Source: a virus
Lineage: Duplodnaviria; Caudoviricetes
IMG/VR virus record: IMGVR_UViG_3300027863_000007
Span: 1 to 43,060 of that record
Strand: one strand, 5' to 3'
Length of the DNA stretch: 43,060 nt
The position numbers and the translations under genes were made by a program. This document shows, in pieces, positions 16,310 through 25,219 of the stretch (position 1 is the stretch's first letter; each line of letters opens with the position of its first letter). The notes under the pieces are model-generated. The model ran no database searches and was not told the DNA's origin. It saw only the letters and a list, made by a program, of their open reading frames with translations.

Positions 16310-16672
16310 ATGACCGACGAGCAGATCAAGCGCCTCCTGGCCCTGGGCAACGACTGGCAGGTCCCGAACCGACACCGCATCTATTTCGACGATCTGTCGG
16401 CGCTGCTCGGCTTGCGGACCTGGCACTACAACACCGGCAACATCCGCTACGCCGAATATCGCGGCGAGACCGTCAGCAACAGCGAGGCGCGGCGCCTCAT
16501 CGACCGGCTGGAGGACGCGACACTGTGGTACGACTACGCCACCGACCATTTCCACGGGCGCGGGCTGACGCAGGAGGAGTTCACGGAGATGGCGGCCCTC
16601 CTCCGCCGCGTGGCGGCGGGGGACCCGGGCGTAGACGTCGAGGCGCTCAGGAGGGCCCACGTCAATGCGTAG
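16310..16672 (+). CDS. Hypothetical early protein
   Basis: GAGGAG RBS; W....HRIYF...YNTGNI..A...GE.VSNS.A...WYD pattern. Confidence 0.8.
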   Translation: MTDEQIKRLLALGNDWQVPNRHRIYFDDLSALLGLRTWHYNTGNIRYAEYRGETVSNSEARRLIDRLEDATLWYDYATDHFHGRGLTQEEFTEMAALLRRVAAGDPGVDVEALRRAHVNA

Positions 16673-17147
16673 AATCGCGCTGACCGACCCCACGACGGGA
16701 GCCCCGACCGCCACCTGGTTTGACGCGGACCGCGCGACCGTGTACGAGGAGTCCACCCACTGGGACGGGTCGAACGACATCTCCGATGCCACCGGCAGTC
16801 AGTGGGATCACGAAGAGCTCTTCCAGACCGCGACCGGGCGCTGGGTCCTCCATACCTGGAGCCAATGGCAGGGGCGGCCGGAGACATACACCGAGATCCC
16901 CGCCGCCGAGGCGACGGACTGGCTCCTGGCGAATGGCCATGACGACGCGGTGCCGCCGGAGGAGGTCGCCGGGCGCGAATTGGGCGCCGGGGTCACCCCC
17001 CAGCGCACCATCCGCATCGCGGACGATCTCTGGCAAGCCGCGCAGGAGCGGGCCCGCCGCGAGGGCACCGACGCGAGCGGCCTGATTCGGGGCCTGCTCA
17101 CCGCCTACATCACCAACCAGAACACAGGGAGGGATTCCGATGACTAA
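16665..17147 (+). CDS. Acidic Trp-rich domain fused to a C-terminal ribbon-helix-helix
   Basis: TPQRTIRIADDLWQAAQERARREGTDASGLIRGLL is an RHH signature. Confidence 0.8.
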   Translation: MRRIALTDPTTGAPTATWFDADRATVYEESTHWDGSNDISDATGSQWDHEELFQTATGRWVLHTWSQWQGRPETYTEIPAAEATDWLLANGHDDAVPPEEVAGRELGAGVTPQRTIRIADDLWQAAQERARREGTDASGLIRGLLTAYITNQNTGRDSDD

Positions 17148-17754
17148 TGACGTGACGCGGTGCCGCTTGCGCGCCCTGCGCCCCCGCGGGACGCGGATCA
17201 CAACCGCCACCGCGTGGCCGTTCGAGTCCGCGCTGACGGCGGACGCGCTGCATCGTGCCATCCATGAGACCCTGCTGACCATGACGCCGCCCGCCAGGTA
17301 CCGCCGGCGGTTGCCCGGCTACAACGAGGAGCAGTGGGTCCGGTTGCCCCTCGCGGTGGAGGTGCAGGATTCGGACGGCACGTGGATCCGCATTGGGACC
17401 ATCCCAACCGTGCGCTGGCCGGTCGGCTACCCGGCCCCGCAAAGCCCCGGCCGGAGGCGGGTAAGGCAGTGGCTGACGGCCCTGGATTATCAAGGGGAGG
17501 CATCAACCATGATTCCATGGCAATCCCTGGTGCTTTGGTCCCAGCCGACCGGGTTGTCAGACGTCGAGTATCGCGACGGCGCTGAGGCGATTCCGCAGCT
17601 GCGGCAGTTTCGGCAGACAGGGGAAATCTACGATTGGTTCTTCCGCCGGCTGGATCTCCCGCATGAGGATCCCAAGGACCCGTCGACGTGGGGCCCCTTG
17701 AGCCCCGAGAGCGTGGATTGGACCGGCTTTCCGCCCGAGACGCCGCCAGCCTAG
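17140..17754 (+). CDS. Hypothetical protein
   Basis: GGAGG RBS; overlaps the previous gene. Confidence 0.65.
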   Translation: MTNDVTRCRLRALRPRGTRITTATAWPFESALTADALHRAIHETLLTMTPPARYRRRLPGYNEEQWVRLPLAVEVQDSDGTWIRIGTIPTVRWPVGYPAPQSPGRRRVRQWLTALDYQGEASTMIPWQSLVLWSQPTGLSDVEYRDGAEAIPQLRQFRQTGEIYDWFFRRLDLPHEDPKDPSTWGPLSPESVDWTGFPPETPPA

Positions 17755-17951
17755 CCCGTAGACAACGACGAGGACGGGACGCGGCGGCCTATTCCGCCGC
17801 CGCTTCCCCGCCAGGATGAGGCGCTCCGGCCATAGACGAGGAGGAGAGGGACGAATGACGCACACATCGCGGTACACGTGGGGGGGCGTGGGCATGCCGA
17901 TGCGTCGGCCCGGTGACCACGTGGCGTTGTGCCGCGACGAGGAGGTGCCGG

Positions 17952-18545
17952 ATGGATATCCGCGTGCCTGACCCCGCGGCCCTGGAGGAGGCCGGCTTCG
18001 CCCCCGCCGCGATCGCGCGGCTCCGCGCGGCGTGGGCCGGGACGCCCGCCGCCCCCGCGGCGCCGGATCCGGCCGGGGCCGGGACGCCCGACGCCCCCGC
18101 GGCGCCGGATCCGGCCGGGGCCGGGACGCCCGACGCCCCCGCGGCGCCGGATCCGGCCGGGGCCGAGCGGCCGGCGGCCATGGCGCCGCCCCCGCCACCC
18201 CCGCGGGCGCATCACGGGGGCGCCAGCCGGGCGGCCCGACTGGGGGATCGCCTCATGGCCTGGGGCGCTCAGCACCGCCGGCCGCTGGTGCGGGTCCTGG
18301 TGGCCGCCGGGTGTCTCATGGCCGCCTGGCAGGGCTGGCGGCGCTATCGGTTGCTGGTCGTCTGCGGCGGCCTGTGGCTGGCCCAAGCGGTCGGCTGGCT
18401 CATGCCGCCGTTCGGCACCGCGGCGCTCGTGGTGGTGGGCGCGTGGCTCGCGTGGCGGTGGCGCGCCGGCCTCGTGCGGTGGGGGCTCGTGGCCCTCGCC
18501 ATCGGCGTCGCCGCGGTCATCGTGCGCGTCGTCAGCGGGTCCTAG
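17952..18545 (+). CDS. Membrane protein with Pro/Ala repeat linker
   Basis: GAGGAGGTG plus ATG 17952; about four hydrophobic segments in the C-terminal half. Confidence 0.75.
   Translation: MDIRVPDPAALEEAGFAPAAIARLRAAWAGTPAAPAAPDPAGAGTPDAPAAPDPAGAGTPDAPAAPDPAGAERPAAMAPPPPPPRAHHGGASRAARLGDRLMAWGAQHRRPLVRVLVAAGCLMAAWQGWRRYRLLVVCGGLWLAQAVGWLMPPFGTAALVVVGAWLAWRWRAGLVRWGLVALAIGVAAVIVRVVSGS
18034..18164. repeat. 42-bp tandem repeat x3 (AGTPDAPAAPDPAG)
   Basis: Copies start at 18034, 18076 and 18118. Confidence 0.95.
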
Positions 18546-18627
18546 GCGTCCAGACATCTCACCGCCCCCGGGCAGTCCGGGGGCGGTGAGGCCCTGGTGG
18601 TGTCGGGCGGCGCCGCGCCGTGACGCG

Positions 18628-19026
18628 CTATTGGCCCGCATTGGGGGCGCCGGGGTCCGGCCCGGGGCCGTCGGTCGGCGGCGGCGGCGTGAACGGCCCC
18701 ACGGGGACCGCGGGGCCGACCGCTGCGCTCGTAAGGTGTTGCGCCATGTCCGCGATCGCGTCGATGGTCGACGCTTGGCTGCCCGCCAGGCCCAGCGACC
18801 CGGCCGCCCGGGCGTGCCCGTGCTGCGCAATGCCGCTGCCGAGCATGAAGGCCACCAGCGCGCCCACCCACAGCTGAATCGCCGTGGCGCTGATATGCAC
18901 GCCGGCGAACTGGTAAATGAGAATGCCCAGGAGCGCCGCGATCGCCGCCTGAAACTGGCGGTCGCGGAGCGTCCGAATGAGGTCCTGATGCCATTGCACG
19001 GCCTGTTGCAGCTGGGGTGATGTCAT
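18628..19026 (-). CDS. Holin-like two-TM protein
   Basis: RQFQAAIAALLGILIYQFAG...LWVGALVAFMLGSGIA; last gene of the late operon. Confidence 0.6.
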   Translation of the reverse strand: MTSPQLQQAVQWHQDLIRTLRDRQFQAAIAALLGILIYQFAGVHISATAIQLWVGALVAFMLGSGIAQHGHARAAGSLGLAGSQASTIDAIADMAQHLTSAAVGPAVPVGPFTPPPPTDGPGPDPGAPNAGQ

Positions 19027-19271
19027 GTCATCGCTCCTCCCGCCGGGGTCGCCCGCGGCCAGGCCACGCGGCCCTGCTGCCGCAGGGCCCGCGTCGCCGC
19101 CCACGCCACCCGGGGCGCCAGCGCTTGCGCCTGCCCGACGAGGTCGGGGTCCCCGGTCGTCACATACGCGGCCTGCAGCTCGCACAAGTGGGGGTGCTCC
19201 GCCCCCCCGAGGCGGCACATCTCGGTCAAGATGGCCACGCAGGGGGGGCAGAGCGGCGGCCGGTCCGCCAT
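19023..19271 (-). CDS. Small Cys-rich protein
   Basis: CPPC...C...HxxC; coupled on both sides. Confidence 0.65.
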   Translation of the reverse strand: MADRPPLCPPCVAILTEMCRLGGAEHPHLCELQAAYVTTGDPDLVGQAQALAPRVAWAATRALRQQGRVAWPRATPAGGAMT

Positions 19272-19538
19272 TTACGAGTTGAAAGCGTTGGCAAAGTCGG
19301 CCGCCCACTTGCCTTCTTTGCCGTTCACGCCCGCCTGGAACGCCTGGGCCCCGGCGGCCTGCACGCCCTGGGCAAACCGGGCCCCCGGGCCGTTTTGGCA
19401 GTTCCCGGTGGGGATCCCGAGCTTGGCGAGGCCCGCGCAGTACGCGGTCGATCCCGCCGCCGTGGTGTTCTGATACCACTTCTGGGCCTTCCCCTGGGTG
19501 TTCCGGTTCCACTTTTCGGCAGCCTGTTGCAGCGTCAC
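19272..19538 (-). CDS. Small basic helical protein, candidate nucleocapsid/DNA-condensing protein (88 aa)
   Basis: Very strong RBS AAAGGAGGAG plus GTG; three KW motifs (AEKW, AQKW, EGKW). Confidence 0.55.
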   Translation of the reverse strand: MTLQQAAEKWNRNTQGKAQKWYQNTTAAGSTAYCAGLAKLGIPTGNCQNGPGARFAQGVQAAGAQAFQAGVNGKEGKWAADFANAFNS

Positions 19539-19601
19539 GTGGACTCCTCCTTTCTGTGCACAGAGGGGGATGCCCCTCTTAGCGCGGAGCATACGGCGGG
19601 G

Positions 19602-19982
19602 CTACGGCGAAGAATTGAGCGACGTCGCGCCGGTGGTCAGGCCCAACAACGCGAGCGTCTGCTCGGCCGCCTGCGCGGCGGCCGGCCCCTGCCCCACGAC
19701 CGCACACCCGCCCTCGGGCAGGCACAGGGTCACGGTGCCGTCGGCGGCCATGCCCAGATGGGCCACGGGCCGGCCGGTGGGCGCCGTGACGGGAAACGCG
19801 ATCCCGTCCGTCGGGGGCGCCCCCCCGCCGAGCCGTTCCTGCACCCGCTCCTGCCAGCCGAGGCCCGTCCGGGTCACGCACGCCTGTTCCGCGGGCGTCA
19901 AGGCGGGCAGCGGCACGGCCTGGCGGTCGGGGGCGAGGCAGAAGGCCCGCCCGAAATCTTCCCCCGCTGGACTCAGTTCCAT
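19602..19982 (-). CDS. Hypothetical protein
   Basis: RBS; in operon; normal codon bias. Confidence 0.65.
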   Translation of the reverse strand: MELSPAGEDFGRAFCLAPDRQAVPLPALTPAEQACVTRTGLGWQERVQERLGGGAPPTDGIAFPVTAPTGRPVAHLGMAADGTVTLCLPEGGCAVVGQGPAAAQAAEQTLALLGLTTGATSLNSSP

Positions 19983-19983
19983 C

Positions 19984-21657
19984 TCAGGTCCCTCCTTCCG
20001 ACCCCGGCGGGCAGGTCGGCGTCGCGTAGTCCCGCGGCACGCCCTGGATGGCGTCCGCGATCCACTGACTCACCCACCGGAGCCGGGTCACCTCCGCCGG
20101 CGACTGCGTCGCCTCCAGCAGGGGCCAATCCACCTGCCGCGTGCCGGGCGGCACCTCCGTGCCGTCGAACAGCTCCACGGGAAGTCCCGCCTGGTCCAGG
20201 GCGATCACGCTGGCCGCCTCGGCGAACTGCTCCTCCGGCCGTTCCGCGTAGGGGCGGCGCGCGTCGTAGGCGTGGCAGGCCGGCGCGTCGGCCAGGGCGT
20301 GCGCCGCCTCGTGGGCCAGCACCTGCACGGCATACGCGTCCTTGGCCAGCGCGGCCGGGCTCAGGATAATGGCCTGCTGCTCGGGCAGGTACGCGCCCTC
20401 CAGCACCCCCTCCGCCGTGGTCGGCGTCGTCCGGATGCGAATCCGCACGCCGCGGTCATGGAGGGCCGTCGCCAACTGATCGAAGGCCCGGGCGGTGTCG
20501 GTCGGCACGGTCGTGGCCCCCACCGTGAGCACCGTGGGGGGCGCGTACCACCAGGGCGGGGGCGTCACCGTGTGATGGCCCTGCTCGGTCCAGGGGGTCG
20601 CCGTGATGTGCGCGGCCACGCCGGGCCCGCCCGCCCGGGCGAGGTCGTCCCGCACAAAGGCGTCGCGGAGCTGCTGCGCCTGGGCGGCAAGGCCCGCGAG
20701 GCCCGCCGGGTCGTGCACGGTGGCCACCTGCGCCCGGAGGGCCGCGACCTGGGGGGCGTACCGTTCCAGGAGGGCCTTGTCCGGGGCGGGGGAGCGCGCA
20801 ATCCGCTCGGGCGTCCAGTCATACGCCTCGATCATGGCCAGCTCTTCGGCGGCCGTCTGCAGCGCCGCCTGGGCATCGGGATCGGCCCACCCCTGGGCCT
20901 GCGCCGCGGCGGCCGCCCGGGCCAGCGTGCCCGCCACCGCGCCCAGATGGGCCCGCCCGCAGGGCAAGCAGCCGGTGTCCACCGCCAGGTCGGGCGCGTA
21001 GGCGCTCGGGGCGCTGGGCGCGTCCACCGGCCGGGGCAGGGCCGCGCCGGCGAAGCCGGCCACCGGGGCGGCCGCCTGGGTCACCCGGAGGGCGGTGGCC
21101 GCCGTGCCCAGGGCCGCCGCGGCCTCCGTGAGGCTCTCCACGGTCGGCGGCCCGCCGTCGGGGCCATTGTGCACGGCTTGCCGCGCCCGCCGGAGCGTGG
21201 GCAACACCTGCTGTTCCAGCACGGCCCGTTGGGCGGCCGGGAGGGTGGTCAGCACCTCCGGGCGAAGGTCCAGCCGCTCGACCGTGTCCACCACCTCCTG
21301 CACATGTGCGAGCCGGCGCACCACCTCGGGGTGGGTCACGCCATCCTCGCGCGCAAACCGGAGGCTCTCTTTCAGGTCCCCGCTCATGACCGTGATCGCC
21401 TCCAGCACGGTCGGCACCGCCGCCGGCGGCGCGGCCAACGGCGAGGCGGCGCGGCCGCTGCCGCCGCCGGCCAAGGCCGCGGCCAGGCGCTCGGTCGCGC
21501 GAATCTGGGCCTCGGCTTGGGCCTGCGCGCGGTCCGTTGCACTCGGCCCGCCGGCCACCGATCGCCACAGCACGGCCATGAGCTGCTGCACCTGCGGGTC
21601 CGTCCAGTCAATGCGGGCCACCACCCGCGCCACGCTCTGCATCCAGCCGGTCAACAT
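19984..21657 (-). CDS. Virion-module protein with duplicated helical domain and C-terminal zincin (HExxH) metallopeptidase
   Basis: GGAGGTG plus ATG 21657; GAY...IIL...VLAHEAAHAL...EEQFAE. Confidence 0.75.
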   Translation of the reverse strand: MLTGWMQSVARVVARIDWTDPQVQQLMAVLWRSVAGGPSATDRAQAQAEAQIRATERLAAALAGGGSGRAASPLAAPPAAVPTVLEAITVMSGDLKESLRFAREDGVTHPEVVRRLAHVQEVVDTVERLDLRPEVLTTLPAAQRAVLEQQVLPTLRRARQAVHNGPDGGPPTVESLTEAAAALGTAATALRVTQAAAPVAGFAGAALPRPVDAPSAPSAYAPDLAVDTGCLPCGRAHLGAVAGTLARAAAAAQAQGWADPDAQAALQTAAEELAMIEAYDWTPERIARSPAPDKALLERYAPQVAALRAQVATVHDPAGLAGLAAQAQQLRDAFVRDDLARAGGPGVAAHITATPWTEQGHHTVTPPPWWYAPPTVLTVGATTVPTDTARAFDQLATALHDRGVRIRIRTTPTTAEGVLEGAYLPEQQAIILSPAALAKDAYAVQVLAHEAAHALADAPACHAYDARRPYAERPEEQFAEAASVIALDQAGLPVELFDGTEVPPGTRQVDWPLLEATQSPAEVTRLRWVSQWIADAIQGVPRDYATPTCPPGSEGGT

Positions 21658-21661
21658 GGGA

Positions 21662-22126
21662 TCACCTCCGCCGCAGAAGGGCCAGGGCCCAGGGAATGCC
21701 GATGACCACGCCCACAAACGTCAACGGGACCGCCGCGCTGGCCCATGGGGACGGGCCGGGCTGGCCGAGCCGGCCGGCGAGGCAGTGCGGCTTGGTGCCC
21801 CAGGTGCGGATCTCGGCCGCCGCGGCCAGGAACGCCGGCACCGACCCGGTGCGGAGGGCGGCCACCAGCCCGGGATAGAAGCCGTTCTGCAACGTCGCCA
21901 CCGTCGCCGCGATCCCGGCCGCCTCCGTCGGGTAGGCCTGCACGCCGACCCCGTTGACCGGCACGCTGCCCGGGGCGCCCAACGTCGTCGCTAGCGGGTT
22001 GTGCCAGGTCGGCGGGGTATTCTCGCACGCCTGCCACGCGAGCAGGATCCGCACGCTCGCGGCGGACGGGTGCGGCACGCCGAGCCCGCGCAGAATGGCC
22101 AGGGCCCGGGTCGTGGCGAGATCCAT
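21662..22126 (-). CDS. Membrane-anchored lysozyme-like muralytic enzyme
   Basis: AW..CE....NPLATT......N.VGVQ.Y.....G..AT..TL.NG.Y pattern; C-terminal TM plus RRR. Confidence 0.6.
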   Translation of the reverse strand: MDLATTRALAILRGLGVPHPSAASVRILLAWQACENTPPTWHNPLATTLGAPGSVPVNGVGVQAYPTEAAGIAATVATLQNGFYPGLVAALRTGSVPAFLAAAAEIRTWGTKPHCLAGRLGQPGPSPWASAAVPLTFVGVVIGIPWALALLRRR

Positions 22127-22147
22127 GCCGCCACCCCCTTGACCGGG

Positions 22148-22369
22148 TTACCGCCGCACCAGCGCGACCCCGGCCGCCGCAGCCAGGCCGAGCAGCACGG
22201 CGGTGCCGAGGGCCGCCCACCCGGCCGGGATCCCGACCGCCGTCACGGTCACCGGCCCCACCGGGGTCGGGACCCGCCCCTGCACGGCCGCGCCCAGGGG
22301 CACCCAGGAGCGCCCGGCTCCCGGTCGGCGATGGGGTCAGCCGCAGGGACGCGGCAGGTTCGGTGGCAT
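22148..22369 (-). CDS. Small membrane protein with in-frame TGA at codon 11 (recoded or pseudogene)
   Basis: AGGAGG plus TAATG coupling; MPPNLPRPCG*PHRRPG...WAALGTAVLLGLAAAAGVALVRR. Confidence 0.55.
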
Positions 22370-23172
22370 TAGCGTGTCCCTCCTGTGCCGCTGCGGCCGC
22401 TACTCCCGCTGCGGCCGCTGCTCCCGCTGCGGCCGCTGCTCCCACTGCGGCCGCTGCTCCCGCTGAGGCCCCAGACAAGGAGACCCGCGGCGAGCCCGGC
22501 CACGCCCAGTTCCACCACGGTGGGGGTGGTGTGGAGCGCGGTCGCCGCCTCCTGCACCAGGTGGCGCACCTCGCCGCCGAGGCCGCCGGCGCCACTCGGG
22601 GCCGTCACCGTCACCACGAGCGTGCGCGTGGCCACGCGGCCCCGGTCATCCCGCACCGCCACCGTCACGGTGTACGTGCCGGCCTGGGTCGGCACGCCGC
22701 GCAGGCCGCCCGTGGGGGTGACCACGACGCCCGGCGGCAGGGTGCCGCGGGCGAGGAACCAGGTGTACGGCGGCGTGCCGCCCTGGGCGGCCAGCCGGCC
22801 CCCAAACGTCTGCCCCACGATGGCCTCCGGCAAGATGGCCGGCCCGACCACGCGCAGGGGGGCGGCCGGCGGCGGGGTGGCCCGGGCGGCCGCCAAGGTG
22901 CCCAGCAGGCACCACGTCGCCGGGCCCACGATCCCGTTCGGCACGATGGGCCCCCGCGGCGTCACCGATCCCGCGTACTGCGTCTGCAGCGCCCGGACCG
23001 CCGCCTGCGTCACGGGCCCGTAATGCCCGTTGTGGCCGACCGGATGCCCCAACGCGGCGAGCCAATTTTGCAGGGTGAACACCGGCCCGCCCGCGGCAAA
23101 GGGGGCACGCGCCCGAGGCTCCAGGGTCTCGGACGGAATGGTCGGGCACCGCGTCAGGTGCAGCACCGGCAT
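22369..23172 (-). CDS. Peptidoglycan-binding domain, Ig-like (He_PIG-type) domain and TM protein
   Basis: LQ.WL..LG....G.YGP.T.AAVRALQ...GIVGP.TW; LP.A.VG......A.GG.PPYTW....LP.G...G.P; C-terminal TM. Confidence 0.8.
   Translation of the reverse strand: MPVLHLTRCPTIPSETLEPRARAPFAAGGPVFTLQNWLAALGHPVGHNGHYGPVTQAAVRALQTQYAGSVTPRGPIVPNGIVGPATWCLLGTLAAARATPPPAAPLRVVGPAILPEAIVGQTFGGRLAAQGGTPPYTWFLARGTLPPGVVVTPTGGLRGVPTQAGTYTVTVAVRDDRGRVATRTLVVTVTAPSGAGGLGGEVRHLVQEAATALHTTPTVVELGVAGLAAGLLVWGLSGSSGRSGSSGRSGSSGRSGSSGRSGTGGTR
22389..22465. repeat. 18-bp tandem repeat x4 encoding (SSGRSG)n tail
   Basis: cgctgcggccgctgctcc units. Confidence 0.9.
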
Positions 23173-23190
23173 GGCGATCCCTCCTCCCGC

Positions 23191-24396
23191 CTATTTTCCA
23201 CTCAGCAACACCAGCGCGGTCACGCCGCCGCCGACCAGCACCAGCTCCGCCTCCGCCTGCGTCAGGTTGAGATGGGTCATCAGCCACTGCACCAGGCCGG
23301 GCGCGGCGGGGTGGCTCGCGGGCTGGTGATGGGCGTGGCCGCGCCCGCCCGATGAGCCCTGTCCCCCCCGGGGGGTGCTGCACAGCAGCGCCCAGAGGCC
23401 GGGACCGATGTCGCCGCTCACGGTGATGGCCGGCTGATGGCCGACGCGCTGCCCCACATGCGCCTGCTGGAGGGCCCGCACGGCCGCCTCCGTGAGGGGG
23501 CCAAAGATGCCGTCCACCGCCAGCGATGCCCCCCACGCATTCAGCCGTTGTTGGGCCAACGCGACCCACGGGCCGGTATCGCCTACCTGCAGGCTGGGCT
23601 TCACCGCGGCCGCGCAACTCGGCGTGCTCGGCGTCCCCGCCTGCAGCAGCGCCGCGCTGGGGATGGTGGCCCCAATCGTACCGGCGATGAATTGCGCATA
23701 GGGCACAATGCCAATCGTCGGCTGCGCCTCGAAATACCAGCCGGGCCCGACCCGCACGGCAAAGGCGCTATACACCGACACGCCATGCGGCCCCAATCCG
23801 GATCCGACCGGGGTGCCCGGCATCGCCCGAAAGACGGCCGTATTGCGCTGCAGCAGGGTGGGAAATCCAAACGCATAGGGATACCCGTTGCCCTGTGCCT
23901 CGCCGCCCCAGGTCCAGTCGCACAGGGCGAAGGCATACGGGTCATAGCCGTTGAACAGGCCCCCGATACTGTTCATGCATGCGGTCAGGGTGGCCTCGCC
24001 TTCATGATCCGCCGCGCTCGTGGCGGGAATGGCCCGGGTGAGCCCCGCCGCGGCCACAAAGGCGCCAAATCCCGCGTCACGGGGGTTCGTGCCCGCCCCG
24101 ATCCCCAAAAACCCGCTGACGTTCCCGTAGCTGCCGAAGGGCCAGTTGCCGTAATCGACCCAGTGGTGGCCCCGGCGCAGCCTTGCCACGACGCTCTGGG
24201 GAGTCAACGCATATCCCGACTGCACCCCCGTGAAGCCGGTGGCGATATTCACGTTCACGCGTTGGTAGCGTGCACTCACGGCCTGGCCGAGCAGGTGGGC
24301 GAGCCGGACGGTGTTCCCGGACGGGGCCGCCCGGTAGTTCGGGCCGGATCCCAGCAGGACGCCGTAGCCCGGCGTCCGGACATCTACCCGTGGCAT
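23191..24396 (-). CDS. Protein with peptidoglycan-binding domain and C-terminal TM
   Basis: LQVGDTGPWV..AQQRLN......VDGIFGPLTEAAVRALQ...GDIGPGLW. Confidence 0.82.
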   Translation of the reverse strand: MPRVDVRTPGYGVLLGSGPNYRAAPSGNTVRLAHLLGQAVSARYQRVNVNIATGFTGVQSGYALTPQSVVARLRRGHHWVDYGNWPFGSYGNVSGFLGIGAGTNPRDAGFGAFVAAAGLTRAIPATSAADHEGEATLTACMNSIGGLFNGYDPYAFALCDWTWGGEAQGNGYPYAFGFPTLLQRNTAVFRAMPGTPVGSGLGPHGVSVYSAFAVRVGPGWYFEAQPTIGIVPYAQFIAGTIGATIPSAALLQAGTPSTPSCAAAVKPSLQVGDTGPWVALAQQRLNAWGASLAVDGIFGPLTEAAVRALQQAHVGQRVGHQPAITVSGDIGPGLWALLCSTPRGGQGSSGGRGHAHHQPASHPAAPGLVQWLMTHLNLTQAEAELVLVGGGVTALVLLSGK

Positions 24397-24411
24397 GCCA
24401 CCGTCACCTCC

Positions 24412-24690
24412 CTAGCGTCGCACCAACAGCACGACCCCGGCGTCGAACAACAACGTCACGATCAAGATGAGGGTGTGCGTCCAATTCCAGCGGTTCCGCA
24501 CCGCCTGGCGCGCCGCCTCCTCCTGCTGTTGTTCCAACCGGGTGAGGCGGTCGCCATACGTCGCGATGGGCGCGACCTGGCCCCGGAGGTCCCCCACCGC
24601 GAGCTTCAGCCAGGCCAGCGCCTCGAGCACCTGGCCCCGGAACTCCGCGTCACTCGCCCGCGAGGGCGTGTCCCGGTCCGCCATGCTCAC
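24412..24690 (-). CDS. Coiled-coil plus C-terminal TM protein (XhlA-like)
   Basis: DRLTRLEQQQE...W..TLILIVTLLF. Confidence 0.65.
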   Translation of the reverse strand: MSMADRDTPSRASDAEFRGQVLEALAWLKLAVGDLRGQVAPIATYGDRLTRLEQQQEEAARQAVRNRWNWTHTLILIVTLLFDAGVVLLVRR

Positions 24691-24697
24691 GCCCCCC

Positions 24698-25219
24698 CTA
24701 CGCCACCGCGCGGATCAGCACCGTCGTCGCGCCGGTGTCGGCGACCACCGATGCCGTGCCGCCCGTGACGGCTTGGACGGCCAGATAGTAGTAGTACGTC
24801 GTCCCCGCCGTGAGGCCCGTGTCCAGATAGTCGCCCCCCGCGCCCTGGCTTTGGTTGGCCGCCGTCGAGAGCAAGGGGCCGGAGGTCCAGACGGCGACGT
24901 CGCCCGCCGCCGGCGCGCTCCCGGCGGCCGGGATGCCGGCGGTGGACCGGTACAGCGTCAGTTGCCCGCCGTCGCCCGCCGTGTTGTTGGCCACCACCGC
25001 ATGGACGATCCACCCCAAGACGCTGCCCGGGCTGGCCAAACTGGCGCCGAAGCCCGTGCTGACGGCGGTCGTGCTGGTCGTGGTATACGTCGTGCCCAAC
25101 GCGGCGGCGGCGTGGGGGGTCGTCACCGCGCCCGCCACCGTCAGGGCGGCCTCCGCCGTGATCGGGCCCGCGGCCGTCACCGCCCCGGTGCTGATCGGGC
25201 CCACCACGTACGTGCTCAT
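24698..25219 (-). CDS. Beta-rich structural protein with FN3-like C-terminus
   Basis: ATGA coupling; LYRS...YLDTGLTAGTTYYYYL. Confidence 0.7.
   Translation of the reverse strand: MSTYVVGPISTGAVTAAGPITAEAALTVAGAVTTPHAAAALGTTYTTTSTTAVSTGFGASLASPGSVLGWIVHAVVANNTAGDGGQLTLYRSTAGIPAAGSAPAAGDVAVWTSGPLLSTAANQSQGAGGDYLDTGLTAGTTYYYYLAVQAVTGGTASVVADTGATTVLIRAVA

Noticed and set aside
19498-21705. 735-aa plus-strand ORF
   Set aside because: Antisense shadow of the metallopeptidase gene
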